Shown in pieces: positions 1 through 8,906 of a stretch of DNA of 24,000 bases. The stretch covers positions 63,810 to 87,809 of the forward strand of contig NZ_JASEEQ010000005.1 in assembly GCF_030019515.1 (NCBI RefSeq), in the 5' to 3' direction. Source of the stretch: Nocardioides sp. (GTDB lineage Bacteria > Actinomycetota > Actinomycetes > Propionibacteriales > Nocardioidaceae). Made by a program: the position numbers and the translations under genes. The notes beneath the pieces were generated by a model. The model made no database searches. It was not told where the DNA came from and was given only the letters and a program-made list of their open reading frames with translations. The stretch's first letter is position 1. Each line of letters opens with the position of its first letter.

Positions 1-75
1 GCTCCGGCCGAGGAGCCCGTGGCCGAGGAGACCGTGGCCGAGGACACCGTGGCCGAGGAGACGGCTGTCGAGGAG
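1..75 (+). repeat. Five tandem 15-bp units (consensus ACCGTGGCCGAGGAG) encoding x-x-A-E-E pentapeptides
   Basis: Units at 1-15, 16-30, 31-45, 46-60 and 61-75 each end in GAGGAG or GAGGAC. Read directly from the sequence. Confidence 0.7.
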
Positions 76-189
76 GCTCCCACCGAGCTGACCGACGAGG
101 CGTCGCCGGAGGAGAGCGTGGTCGCCGAGGAGCAGCCCGTCGAGGACGAGGCCGCCGCCGAGGAGAGCACCGAGGACGACAAGGCCTGA
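1..189 (+). CDS. rplQ: 3' end of a gene encoding an Ala/Glu-rich acidic tail; probable 50S ribosomal protein L17 C-terminal extension (partial, runs off the left edge)
   Basis: Frame 1 is open from the window edge to TGA at 187-189. It translates to APAEEPVAEETVAEDTVAEETAVEEAPTELTDEASPEESVVAEEQPVEDEAAAEESTEDDKA with G/C at nearly all third positions. It lies on the same strand upstream of truA, as in the conserved rpoA-rplQ-truA arrangement, and actinobacterial L17 proteins carry C-terminal extensions. Identity is inferred from synteny only. Confidence 0.4.
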   Translation, partial: APAEEPVAEETVAEDTVAEETAVEEAPTELTDEASPEESVVAEEQPVEDEAAAEESTEDDKA

Positions 190-200
190 GCGCCTGAGAG

Positions 201-233
201 GTCGACCCGCCCGAGGCTCTCGGGCGGGTCGAC
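201..233. terminator. Perfect 15-bp stem / 3-nt loop hairpin between convergent genes (bidirectional terminator candidate)
   Basis: GTCGACCCGCCCGAG (201-215), loop GCT, CTCGGGCGGGTCGAC (219-233). It sits 12 nt after the + strand stop and 20 nt before the stop of the minus-strand GntR gene. There is only a weak T tract (ATTT) after it. Confidence 0.6.
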
Positions 234-253
234 GCCATTTCAAGTCAGTCAGG

Positions 254-610
254 TCAGGCCCAGGCGCTCTCGACCAGCCGGGTGGCCTCGGGGAGGGTCA
301 GGCCGAGCCGGCGGGCGGTGGCGACATACGCCGCGGCGCTCTCGGCGGCATCGGTCGAGCGCCCGGCCGTCGAGGCGGCGACGAAGGTGCCGCGCCGGCC
401 CTCGGTGACCACCACGCCGTCGGCCTCGAGCTCGCGGTAGGCCCGGGCCACGGTGTTCACCGCCAGCACCAGCTCGGCGGCCAGCGCCCGCACGGTCGGC
501 AGGCGGGTCCCGGCAGCCAGGTCGCCGGAGGCCGCGCGGGTGGCGAGCTGGGCGCGCAGCTGCTCGTACGGCGCGACCGGGGAGTCGGGGTCCAGCGGGT
601 GCACGTGCAT
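254..610 (-). CDS. GntR family transcriptional regulator (short, YtrA-like, 118 aa)
   Basis: ORF-track protein contains the typical GntR winged-HTH segment (YEQLRAQLATRAASGDLAAGTRLPTVRALAAELVLAVNTVARAYRELEADGVVVTEGRRGTFV). It has only a short C-terminal region. Confidence 0.85.
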   Translation of the reverse strand: MHVHPLDPDSPVAPYEQLRAQLATRAASGDLAAGTRLPTVRALAAELVLAVNTVARAYRELEADGVVVTEGRRGTFVAASTAGRSTDAAESAAAYVATARRLGLTLPEATRLVESAWA

Positions 611-633
611 CCCCGCATGGTAGAGAAATCCCC
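611..633. promoter_or_regulatory. 23-bp divergent intergenic region with candidate overlapping -10 boxes for two leaderless transcripts
   Basis: Local low-GC island CCCCGCATGGTAGAGAAATCCCC. On the minus strand, TACCAT (622..617) ends 6 nt before the GntR ATG. On the plus strand, TAGAGA (621-626) ends 7 nt before the kinase ATG. There is no room for Shine-Dalgarno leaders. The short inverted repeat CATGG...CCATG is a possible operator. Confidence 0.35.
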
Positions 634-1548
634 ATGGAGAGCGTGGGCAGCGTGCTGGTGGTGGGGGAGTCGCTGGTCGACATCGTGCACGGACCCGACG
701 GGAGCACGATGGAGTACGCCGGCGGCAGCGCCGCCAACGTGGCGGTCGCCCTGGCCCGGCTCGATCGCCGGGTCCGGTTCGTGACCGCGTGGGCCGACGA
801 CGAGCGCGGGCGGGTGCTGGCCGACCACCTGGCGGCGGCCGGGGTCGAGCTCGCCGGCGACCCGCACGTCCTGGACCGGACCGCGACCGCCGCAGCGACC
901 ATCGGCGCGGACGGGGCGGCCAGCTACGAGTTCGACCTGGAGTGGCGGATCCCGGACGTCAGCGACGAGCCCGCTCCGCTGGTGCTGCACACCTGCTCGC
1001 TCGGCGCCGTGCTCGAGCCCGGGGCGGACGGGGTGCTGGCCCTGGTCGAGCGGCTGCGTGATCGCGCGACGATCAGCTACGACGTCAACGCGCGGCCCGC
1101 GATCACCGGCACCGGCCCGGACGTGGTCGCGCTCGTGGAGCGGCTCGCCGCGGTCACCGACCTGGTCAAGGCCTCCGACGAGGACCTGGCCCACCTCTAC
1201 CCGCAGCTCGACGAGGAGGCCGCGGCCCGGCACCTGCTCGCGCTGGGGCCCGCGGCCGTGATCGTCACCCGCGGCGGGAACGGGGCCGCCTGGTTCGCCG
1301 AGCACGCGACCGTCGAGGCGGCCTCCCTGCCGGTCGAGGTGGCCGACACCATCGGCGCGGGCGACACCTTCGGCGCGGCCGTCGTCGACGCGCTCTGGGA
1401 GCGTGGTCTGCTCGGCGCCGAGCGCCGGCCCGACCTGCGGCGGCTGGACCCCGGGGTGATCGCGGAGGTGCTCGCGCACGCGGCGCGGGCCGCGGCCGTG
1501 ACCGTCTCGCGTCCGGGCGCGGACCCGCCGTACCGCTCCGAGCTGTAG
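634..1548 (+). CDS. PfkB family carbohydrate kinase (fructokinase/ribokinase-like)
   Basis: 304 aa. The N-terminal [12 protein letters not shown]...[14 protein letters not shown] and the C-terminal [17 protein letters not shown] match PfkB signatures 1 and 2. Confidence 0.85.
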   Translation: MESVGSVLVVGESLVDIVHGPDGSTMEYAGGSAANVAVALARLDRRVRFVTAWADDERGRVLADHLAAAGVELAGDPHVLDRTATAAATIGADGAASYEFDLEWRIPDVSDEPAPLVLHTCSLGAVLEPGADGVLALVERLRDRATISYDVNARPAITGTGPDVVALVERLAAVTDLVKASDEDLAHLYPQLDEEAAARHLLALGPAAVIVTRGGNGAAWFAEHATVEAASLPVEVADTIGAGDTFGAAVVDALWERGLLGAERRPDLRRLDPGVIAEVLAHAARAAAVTVSRPGADPPYRSEL

Positions 1549-1672
1549 GCGCCTGGCCGCACCCGCCGCGCCCCCTGACGAACAGGCACGCGACGCGCGG
1601 GGCCGGCGGGCGGCAGGTCAGGGGCGGGCCCGTCCCCGGAGCCTCGCCGCGGGCCGCAATAGGGTTGGGCCC

Positions 1673-2479
1673 GTGCGCATCCGGCTCGACCTCGCCTACG
1701 ACGGCACCGACTTCCACGGCTGGGCGGCCCAGCCGGGGCTGCGGACCGTGCAGGGCGAGCTGAGCGACGCCCTGGCGACGGTGCTGCGAGTGCCCTCGGT
1801 CGCGGTGGTGTGCGCCGGGCGCACGGACGCCGGCGTGCACGCCCGCGGACAGGTGGTGCATGCCGACCTGGACGGCCTCGAGCCGGCCGCCGTCGAAGGG
1901 CTGCTACGGCGACTCAACGGGCGGCTGCCCGCCGACGTGCGGGTGCGCCGGGTGGCGGCGGCGCCCGCCGGGTTCGACGCCCGGTTCGGGGCGCTCTGGC
2001 GCCGCTACGCCTACCGGATCGCCGACACCCCGGCGGTGGTGGACCCGCTGACCCGCGGGCACGTGCTCGCGTGGCCGCGGTCGCTGGACCTCGACGCGAT
2101 GAACGCGGCGTCAGCGGTGCTGGTCGGCCGGCACGACTTCGCGTCGTTCTGCAAGCAGCGGGAGGGCGCGACGACGATCCGGACCCTGCTGGAGCTGTCC
2201 TGGGCGCGCGAGCGGTCCGGGCTCCTGGTCGGGACGGTCCGCGCCGACGCGTTCTGCCACAGCATGGTCCGTTCCCTGGTCGGCTGCCTGATCGCGGTCG
2301 GGGAGGGGCGCCGGCCGGTGGCCTGGGCCGAGGACATCCTGCGGGCGGAGGTCCGCGACCCCTCGGTCGCGGTCGTGCACGCGCACGGCCTCACGCTGGA
2401 GGAGGTCGCCTACCCGCTCGACGACGAGCTCGCCGCCCGGGCCGAGCAGACACGAGCGCGGAGGGTCGCCGATGAGTGA
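1673..2479 (+). CDS. truA: tRNA pseudouridine(38-40) synthase TruA
   Basis: 268 aa. [22 protein letters not shown]...[15 protein letters not shown] contains the catalytic Asp motif of TruA. The start is GTG. A TAGGGT hexamer (1660-1665) ends 7 nt upstream of it, which is compatible with a leaderless mRNA. Confidence 0.95.
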   Translation: MRIRLDLAYDGTDFHGWAAQPGLRTVQGELSDALATVLRVPSVAVVCAGRTDAGVHARGQVVHADLDGLEPAAVEGLLRRLNGRLPADVRVRRVAAAPAGFDARFGALWRRYAYRIADTPAVVDPLTRGHVLAWPRSLDLDAMNAASAVLVGRHDFASFCKQREGATTIRTLLELSWARERSGLLVGTVRADAFCHSMVRSLVGCLIAVGEGRRPVAWAEDILRAEVRDPSVAVVHAHGLTLEEVAYPLDDELAARAEQTRARRVADE

Positions 2480-3074
2480 GGACCACTACTTCAGCGCCGA
2501 CCCGTCGGTGCCGTTCGAGCGCGAGGCCTTCACCTGCGAGGTGTGGGGCCGCGAGCTGACGCTGGTGAGCGGCTCCGGAGTCTTCAGCAGGGGCCACCTC
2601 GACCACGCGACCGCGGTGCTGTTCCGCGAGACCGAGCCGCCGGTGCAGGGCCGGTTCCTCGACCTGGGCTGCGGGTACGGCGTGATCGGGCTGGCGATCG
2701 CCGCCGCCGTACCGCTCGCCTCGATCACCGCGGTCGACGTGAACGACCGCGCCATCGCGCTCGCCAACGAGAACGCCCGGGGGATGGGCGTGGCCGGCCG
2801 GTTCGTCGCGTGCCGGCCCGAGCAGGTCCCGACCGGCGAGGTGTACGACGAGATCTGGTCCAACCCGCCGATCCGGATCGGCAAGGAGGCGCTGCACGAG
2901 CTGCTGCTCACCTGGCTGCCGCGGCTCGCCCCGGGCGGCCGGGCGGTGATGGTGGTCGGCAAGAACCTGGGCGCCGACTCGCTGCAGCGTTGGCTCGGCG
3001 AGCAGGGCTGGCCGACCGAGCGGCTCGCGAGCGCCAAGGGGTTCCGGGTGCTGGAGACGCGGCGTGGTGACTGA
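2472..3074 (+). CDS. Class I SAM-dependent methyltransferase, MTS small-domain type (RsmC/RlmG-like rRNA m2G methyltransferase family)
   Basis: 200 aa. SAM-binding motif [16 protein letters not shown] and the catalytic NPPIRIG (NPPxH/I-type) motif are present. The ATG overlaps the truA stop by 8 nt. Confidence 0.75.
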   Translation: MSEDHYFSADPSVPFEREAFTCEVWGRELTLVSGSGVFSRGHLDHATAVLFRETEPPVQGRFLDLGCGYGVIGLAIAAAVPLASITAVDVNDRAIALANENARGMGVAGRFVACRPEQVPTGEVYDEIWSNPPIRIGKEALHELLLTWLPRLAPGGRAVMVVGKNLGADSLQRWLGEQGWPTERLASAKGFRVLETRRGD

Positions 3075-3144
3075 CGGCGCCTTCCGGCCGGTCTTCGGCG
3101 TGGCCTCGCGGCGCTTCGTCACGCAGTGACCGGACCTCGGTCGG

Positions 3145-3193
3145 GGAGTGCGGTGGATCGGATGAACCAGGTTGATCCGATCCACCGCACTCC
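3145..3193. terminator. Long hairpin (19 perfect bp, one G-G mismatch, 3 more bp, 3-nt loop) in the convergent spacer
   Basis: GGAGTGCGGTGGATCGGATGAAC / CAG / GTTGATCCGATCCACCGCACTCC, paired base by base. It lies 71 nt after the methyltransferase stop and 169 nt beyond the esterase stop. No U tract. Confidence 0.5.
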
Positions 3194-3361
3194 TGCTGGG
3201 TGGGTCGCCCAGCCAAGCCCGAACCGCAGTGGACGCTCCTGGGCCTGGCGGCCGTCCGGCCCGATGCCATGGTCGATCCACGCTTCGGGCCTCGGCGGCC
3301 TCACGCTCGCCGGTGATGGTCGATAGGCCATCGGGACCGTCGGCCGGTGATCTCGGCCGCG

Positions 3362-4294
3362 TCAGCCGTGCAGGACCTTCCGGAACAGCGCACAGGTCTC
3401 GTCGAGCGCCTCCTGGGCGGCCGTGGAGTGCCGGCCCATGTCCGCGAAGCCGTGGATCAGGCCGGGGAAGGTCCGCACCTCGACCGGTACGCCGGCCGCG
3501 TCGAGCGCCTGTGCGTACGCGAGGCCGTCGTCGCGCAGCGGGTCGAACTCCGCGACCACGACGACCGCCGGGGCCAGGCCGGCGAGGTCGCCGTGCAGCG
3601 GGGAGAGTCGCGGGTCGGTGTGGTCCGTGAGGTGGCCGGCGTACTGCCGGAGGAACCAGTCCATCGACGCGCGGTCGAGGAAGTAGCCCTCGGCGTTCTC
3701 GGCGTGCGAGGGGTACTGGCCGCCCAGGTCGGTGACCGGGTAGATCAGCAGCTGCCCGGCCAGCGGGCGGGCCTCGTCGCGGAACGCCTGGGCGACCACG
3801 GCGGACAGGTTGCCGCCGGCGCTGTCCCCGGCCACCGCCATCCGGTCGTCGCCGCCGAGGTCGGCGAGGTGGTCCGCGACGTGCCGGGCGGCGGCCATCG
3901 CGTCGTCGACCGCGGCGGGGAACGGGTGCTCGGGGGCGAGCCGGTAGGCCACCGAGACGACCACCGCCGCGCACCCGTCGGCCAGGGTGCGGGCGGTGAT
4001 GTCGTGGGTGTCGAGGTCGCCGATCACGAAGCCACCGCCGTGCAGCAGCAGGATCGTGGGCAGCGGGCCCTCGCCGGCCGGGCGGTAGACCCGGGCCGGC
4101 AGGTCCCCGGCCGCACCGGGGACCGTCGTGTCCTCGACCGAGGCGACCGCGGGCACGGCCGCGGGGTCGCGCAGGTCCACGGTCAGCGTGCGGAAGCCGG
4201 CGCGGGCCTCCTCGGGCGTCCCCTCCGACATCGGCTTGGTCTCGGCCGCGGCGATGACGTCGAGCAGTACGGCGATCTGGGGGTCGACGGGCAC
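3362..4294 (-). CDS. Alpha/beta hydrolase, hormone-sensitive-lipase (HSL/family IV) type esterase/lipase
   Basis: This is the C-terminal part of the 686-aa track ORF. It has the HGGGF oxyanion motif (LLLHGGGFVIGD), the GDSAGG nucleophile elbow and a C-terminal GLIHGF. I place the start at GTG 4294..4292 (VPVDPQIAVLLD...), preceded by GAGGAG 6 nt upstream. That gives 310 aa. Confidence 0.85.
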   Translation of the reverse strand: MPVDPQIAVLLDVIAAAETKPMSEGTPEEARAGFRTLTVDLRDPAAVPAVASVEDTTVPGAAGDLPARVYRPAGEGPLPTILLLHGGGFVIGDLDTHDITARTLADGCAAVVVSVAYRLAPEHPFPAAVDDAMAAARHVADHLADLGGDDRMAVAGDSAGGNLSAVVAQAFRDEARPLAGQLLIYPVTDLGGQYPSHAENAEGYFLDRASMDWFLRQYAGHLTDHTDPRLSPLHGDLAGLAPAVVVVAEFDPLRDDGLAYAQALDAAGVPVEVRTFPGLIHGFADMGRHSTAAQEALDETCALFRKVLHG

Positions 4295-4310
4295 GGGTTC
4301 TCCTCGTTCG

Positions 4311-4370
4311 GGCCAGTGGTCGGGCCAGTGGTCGGGCCAGTGGTCGGGCCGGTGGTCGGCCGGTGGTCTG
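4311..4370. repeat. 12-bp tandem repeat, about 5 copies (GGCCAGTGGTCG x3, then GGCCGGTGGTCG and GCCGGTGGTCTG)
   Basis: Read directly: 4311-4322, 4323-4334 and 4335-4346 are identical, while 4347-4358 and 4359-4370 are degenerate. It fills the 77-nt spacer between the ACAD stop (4372-4374) and the esterase RBS/start. Confidence 0.9.
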
Positions 4371-4371
4371 G

Positions 4372-5607
<1,236 letters not shown>

Positions 5608-5608
5608 G

Positions 5609-6673
5609 TCAGTCCCCTCCCGTTCCCAGTGCGTCCAGGCCGGCCTCGACCAGGGGGTCGAAGCCGGCGCCGATCCTGTCGAAGCCCTCGCCGACGGTCT
5701 GGCCCTGGAGGAATCTGAAGCTGATGCCCTCGAGGATCACGGCGAGCTTGAAGTAGGCGAGCCCGAGGTGGAACCCCAGGCCCGAGCGGAGGTCCCCGAG
5801 GTCCCGGCCGCTGGCGACGGCGTACCGCGCGAGGTGCTGGTCCGGGGTCGGGTAGCCCGGCGCCAGGCTGACGTCGGACACCAGCCCGGCCGCGGGCAGC
5901 GCCCCGAGCCGGTCGTAGACCAGCAGCAGGGCGAGGTCGGTGCGGGTGTCGCCGAGCGTCGCCATCTCCCAGTCGACGACCGCCTTGACCTGGTCGTCGG
6001 CGCCGGTGAGCAGGTTGTCGAGGCGGTAGTCGCCGTGCACGACGCCGACGTGCTCGCGGGCCGTCTCGTCGTCGGGCACCCGCTCGGTCAGCAGCCGGTG
6101 CAGCTCGTCGGCGGCCGGGCGGTCCTGGGTCTTCGAGCCCTCGAGCTGCTGGCCCCAGCGCCGCACCTGGCGCCCCAGGAAGCCCTCGGGCCGGCCGAAG
6201 CCCGCGAGCCCGACCGCCGCGGGGTCGACCGCGTGCAGCGTGGCCAGCACGTCGATCATCCGGCCGGCGATGGTCGCGGTGCGCTCCGGGCCGAGCGACG
6301 CCAGCTGGGAGACCGAGCGGTACGCCGTGCCGGCGACCCGCTCCATCACGTAGAACGGCGCCCCGAGGACCTCGGGGTCGGCGCAGTGCGCGTACGTGGC
6401 GGGCACCGGGACGGCCGTGCCCGCCAGCGCGCTCATCGCGGTGTACTCGCGGCCCATGTCGTGGGCGGTCGCCTGGACGTGCCCGAGGGGCGGCCGGCGC
6501 ACGATCCACCAGGAGTCGCCGTCGGTGACCTCGTAGGTGAGGTTGGACCGGCCGCCGGCGATCACCTGGGCGCGCAGCTCACCCGCGATCTCACCGGGCC
6601 GCTGCTCGTCGTACCAGTGGCGGAAGGAGGCGAGGTCGAGGCCGGGGACGTCGTGGGCCCGCAGGTCGCTCAC
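5609..6673 (-). CDS. Phosphotransferase family protein (APH/choline-kinase fold, ACAD10/11 N-terminal-domain-like kinase)
   Basis: In-frame GTG at 6673 gives VSDLRAHDVPGLD...GGRSNLTYEVTDGDSWWIVRRPPLG. The Brenner/catalytic region is VVHGDYRLDNLL and the metal-binding region is VVDWEMATLGD. The GTGA start overlaps the upstream SDR stop by 4 nt. Its stop is 1 nt from the ACAD ATG. Confidence 0.85.
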   Translation of the reverse strand: MSDLRAHDVPGLDLASFRHWYDEQRPGEIAGELRAQVIAGGRSNLTYEVTDGDSWWIVRRPPLGHVQATAHDMGREYTAMSALAGTAVPVPATYAHCADPEVLGAPFYVMERVAGTAYRSVSQLASLGPERTATIAGRMIDVLATLHAVDPAAVGLAGFGRPEGFLGRQVRRWGQQLEGSKTQDRPAADELHRLLTERVPDDETAREHVGVVHGDYRLDNLLTGADDQVKAVVDWEMATLGDTRTDLALLLVYDRLGALPAAGLVSDVSLAPGYPTPDQHLARYAVASGRDLGDLRSGLGFHLGLAYFKLAVILEGISFRFLQGQTVGEGFDRIGAGFDPLVEAGLDALGTGGD

Positions 6674-7488
6674 GACGGCCGTCCGCCCTGGTCGACGGCC
6701 TCGTCGACCTTGTGCTGGAGGCGGCGCATCCCGGCCAGCCAGCGGTCGGTGTCGGTGGCGCGGGCGGCGTAGTAGCCGGCGACCTCGGGGTGGGGCAGCA
6801 CCAGGAACCGGTCGTCGTCGAGGGAGGCGACCCAGGCGTCGGCGACCTGCTCCGGCTCGAGCGCGACGTCGCGGGAGAGCAGCTCCTGCAGAGGACCCGC
6901 GTCCTCGAGCATCTGCGTGCGCACCCCCTGCGGGCAGATCGCCTGGACCACGATGCCGCGGTGGCCGTAGGTGACCGAGAGCCACTCGGCGAAGCCCACC
7001 GCGGCGTGCTTCGTGACGGAGTACGGCGCGCTGCCGATCATCGTCAGCAGCCCCGCCGCCGAGGCCGTGACCACGAACCGGCCGCCGCCGGACTCCAGCC
7101 AGCGCGGCACCAGCAGCCGGGCGGCGCGCACGTGCGCCATCACGTTGACCTCGAGGATCCGCTGCCAGTGCTCGTCGGGGGTCTGCAGGCTGTCGGCCGC
7201 GCCGAGGCCGCCGGCGCCGTCGATGCCGGCGTTGGCGCAGTACACGTCGATGCCGCCGAGCACCTCCGTGGCGCGCCCGACGAGCGCCGCGACGCCGTCG
7301 GCGGACGACGCGTCGCCCGGCACCGGCGTACCGCCGATGTCGTCGGCGACGGACCGCGCGGTGGCCGGGTCGAGGTCGTTGACGACCACGCGCGCGCCCT
7401 CGGCGGCGAGCCGGGTCGCCAGCGCACGTCCGATCCCGCGGCCGGCGCCGGTGACCACGACACCCTTGCCCCGGAGCTGCTCGTGCAT
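6670..7488 (-). CDS. SDR family oxidoreductase
   Basis: MHEQLRGKGVVVTGAGRGIGRALA (TGxxxGIG Rossmann motif), NAG, and the YSVTKHA (YxxxK) active site. The ATG at 7488 overlaps the upstream stop (ATGA). 272 aa. Confidence 0.85.
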   Translation of the reverse strand: MHEQLRGKGVVVTGAGRGIGRALATRLAAEGARVVVNDLDPATARSVADDIGGTPVPGDASSADGVAALVGRATEVLGGIDVYCANAGIDGAGGLGAADSLQTPDEHWQRILEVNVMAHVRAARLLVPRWLESGGGRFVVTASAAGLLTMIGSAPYSVTKHAAVGFAEWLSVTYGHRGIVVQAICPQGVRTQMLEDAGPLQELLSRDVALEPEQVADAWVASLDDDRFLVLPHPEVAGYYAARATDTDRWLAGMRRLQHKVDEAVDQGGRPS

Positions 7489-8240
7489 CAGACCCCGCCG
7501 GTGAGGGTCACGCCGCCGTCGAGCGTGATCGTCTGGCCGGTCACCCAGGCCGCGTCGTCGGAGAGCAGGAAGGTCACCGCGCCGGCGACGTCTTCGGGGA
7601 CACCGAGGCGCTTGAGCGGGTAGCTCGCGGCGACCTCGTCCTCGCGACCCTCGAAGAGCGGGCCCGCGAACTGCGTCTTCACGATCGCGGGCGCCACCGC
7701 GTTGACCCGAACGGTCGGGCCGAGCTCGACCGCGAGCGACTCGGTGAGGCTGATCAGCATCGCCTTGGAGGCGCCGTACATGGCGATGCCCGGGGCCGGC
7801 TTGACCCCGGAGACCGAGGAGATGTTGACGACCGCGCCGCCGTGCTCGGCCATCCAGGCCCGGTGCGCGGACTGCACCCAGGCCAGGGCACCGAGGGCGT
7901 TGACCTCGACGATCTTGCGCGCGGCCGCGAGGTCGATGTCGACCAGGCTCGAGAGCACCGGGTTGATGCCGGCGTTGTTGACCAGCAGGTCGAGGCTGCC
8001 GAACGTCTCGATGGTGCGGCGTACGGCGTCCTCGCGGTGCTCGGGGTCGTCGGCCTTGCCGGCCACGGCGATCGCGTGCTCGGCGCCGCCGAGGCTGCGC
8101 ACGGCCTCCTCGAGTGCCTCGGGCTTGCGGGCGGTCAGGCAGACCTTGGCGCCCTCGTCGACCAGGCGCCGGGCGATGCCCAGCCCGATGCCGCGGCTGG
8201 CCCCGGTCACGATCGCGACCTTGCCGGCGATTCCTTGCAC
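7488..8240 (-). CDS. SDR family oxidoreductase (FabG / 3-oxoacyl reductase-like)
   Basis: 250 aa. VAIVTGASRGIGLGIA, NNAG and YGASKAM (YxxxK) are present. GTG start, with AGGAGG 5 nt upstream. Confidence 0.85.
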   Translation of the reverse strand: MQGIAGKVAIVTGASRGIGLGIARRLVDEGAKVCLTARKPEALEEAVRSLGGAEHAIAVAGKADDPEHREDAVRRTIETFGSLDLLVNNAGINPVLSSLVDIDLAAARKIVEVNALGALAWVQSAHRAWMAEHGGAVVNISSVSGVKPAPGIAMYGASKAMLISLTESLAVELGPTVRVNAVAPAIVKTQFAGPLFEGREDEVAASYPLKRLGVPEDVAGAVTFLLSDDAAWVTGQTITLDGGVTLTGGV

Positions 8241-8287
8241 GTGTCCTCCTGCGTCCTGGCTTGCTCTGAACTAAGCGCTTGCTTACC
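8241..8287. promoter_or_regulatory. Divergent promoter/operator region between the SDR operon and the TetR gene
   Basis: Contains the perfect 8-bp palindrome AAGCGCTT (8273-8280). CTTGCT is directly repeated at 8260-8265 and 8278-8283. It is relatively AT-rich (CTCTGAACTAAGC). Operator assignment is inference. Confidence 0.3.
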
Positions 8288-8884
8288 ATGCGGTGCATGA
8301 GCGCGTCCAGCCCCGTTCCCGATGCCCGGACCCGGCTCGCGGCCGCCGCCGTGGACGCGTTCGCCGCGCGCGGCTTCCACGGGACGACCACGCGCGACAT
8401 CTCCACCACCGCCGGGATGAGCCCGGCCGCGCTCTACGTCCACCACCGCTCCAAGGAGGAGCTGCTCTTCGAGCTGGCCCGGCTCGGACACCTGCGGGTG
8501 CTCGACCTGGTACGCGCGTCGGTGGCGCCGCTCTCCGACCCCGTGGCCCAGCTCGGTCAGCTCGTCGAGGACTTCGTGCGCGACCACGCCGAGGCGCACA
8601 CCGGGGCGCGGGTCATCAACTACGAGCTCGCCGCGCTGCGCCCCGAGCACCTCGCCGAGATCCGTACGATCCGGCACGAGATCGACCTGGTGCTGCGCGA
8701 GGTGATCGAGCGCGGCGTCGCGACCGGTGTCTTCACCACGCCGGATCCGCGGATGACCGCGCTCGCCGTCCTGTCGCTCGGCATCGACGTCGCGCGCTGG
8801 TACCGCGAGGAGGGGCGCTGGACCCCCGACGAGGTCGCCGCCCACTACCGGCTGCTCGCGCTGCGGATGGTCGGCGCCGCTTAG
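8288..8884 (+). CDS. TetR/AcrR family transcriptional regulator
   Basis: The N-terminal HTH RLAAAAVDAFAARGFHGTTTRDISTTAGMSPAALYVHHRSKEELL is the classic TetR_N pattern. The start is ambiguous: TTG 8279, ATG 8288 or ATG 8297. Confidence 0.85.
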   Translation: MRCMSASSPVPDARTRLAAAAVDAFAARGFHGTTTRDISTTAGMSPAALYVHHRSKEELLFELARLGHLRVLDLVRASVAPLSDPVAQLGQLVEDFVRDHAEAHTGARVINYELAALRPEHLAEIRTIRHEIDLVLREVIERGVATGVFTTPDPRMTALAVLSLGIDVARWYREEGRWTPDEVAAHYRLLALRMVGAA

Positions 8885-8906
8885 CCGCGCCGGTCGCCAG
8901 ACGCGG

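Noticed and set aside
183-259. Outer inverted repeat GGCCTGA...TCAGGCC flanking the 201-233 hairpin.
   Set aside because: It is explained by both convergent genes ending in an Ala codon plus TGA (GCC TGA on each strand). It is probably coincidental rather than an extended structure.
1621-1637. GC-rich near-palindrome GGGGCGGGCCCGTCCCC after the PfkB gene, considered as a terminator.
   Set aside because: Base-by-base pairing gives only 4 outer pairs before mismatches, so it is not a convincing hairpin. A looser CCCCTGAC (1571-1578) / GTCAGGGG (1617-1624) pairing has a 38-nt interior and is too weak to call.
3271-3283. Possible third partial copy (GGTCGATCCACGC) of the 3145-3193 hairpin arm.
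   Set aside because: Only about 8-9 nt match, which is within chance expectation for this composition.
3119-3331. Small ORFs 3126..3326 (+, 66 aa) and 3119..3331 (-, 70 aa) in the long convergent spacer.
   Set aside because: They are mirror ORFs spanning the palindrome. They have no RBS, poor codon bias and no recognisable motifs.
4311-4370. Possible CRISPR array, because of the short direct repeats.
   Set aside because: The units are only 12 bp and contiguous, with no spacers. There are no cas genes. This is a simple tandem repeat.
8279-8287. TTG 8279 as the TetR start (track translation MLTMRCMS...).
   Set aside because: The ATG codons at 8288 and 8297 are more conventional, and TTG would leave almost no promoter space. 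The true start is unresolved from sequence alone.
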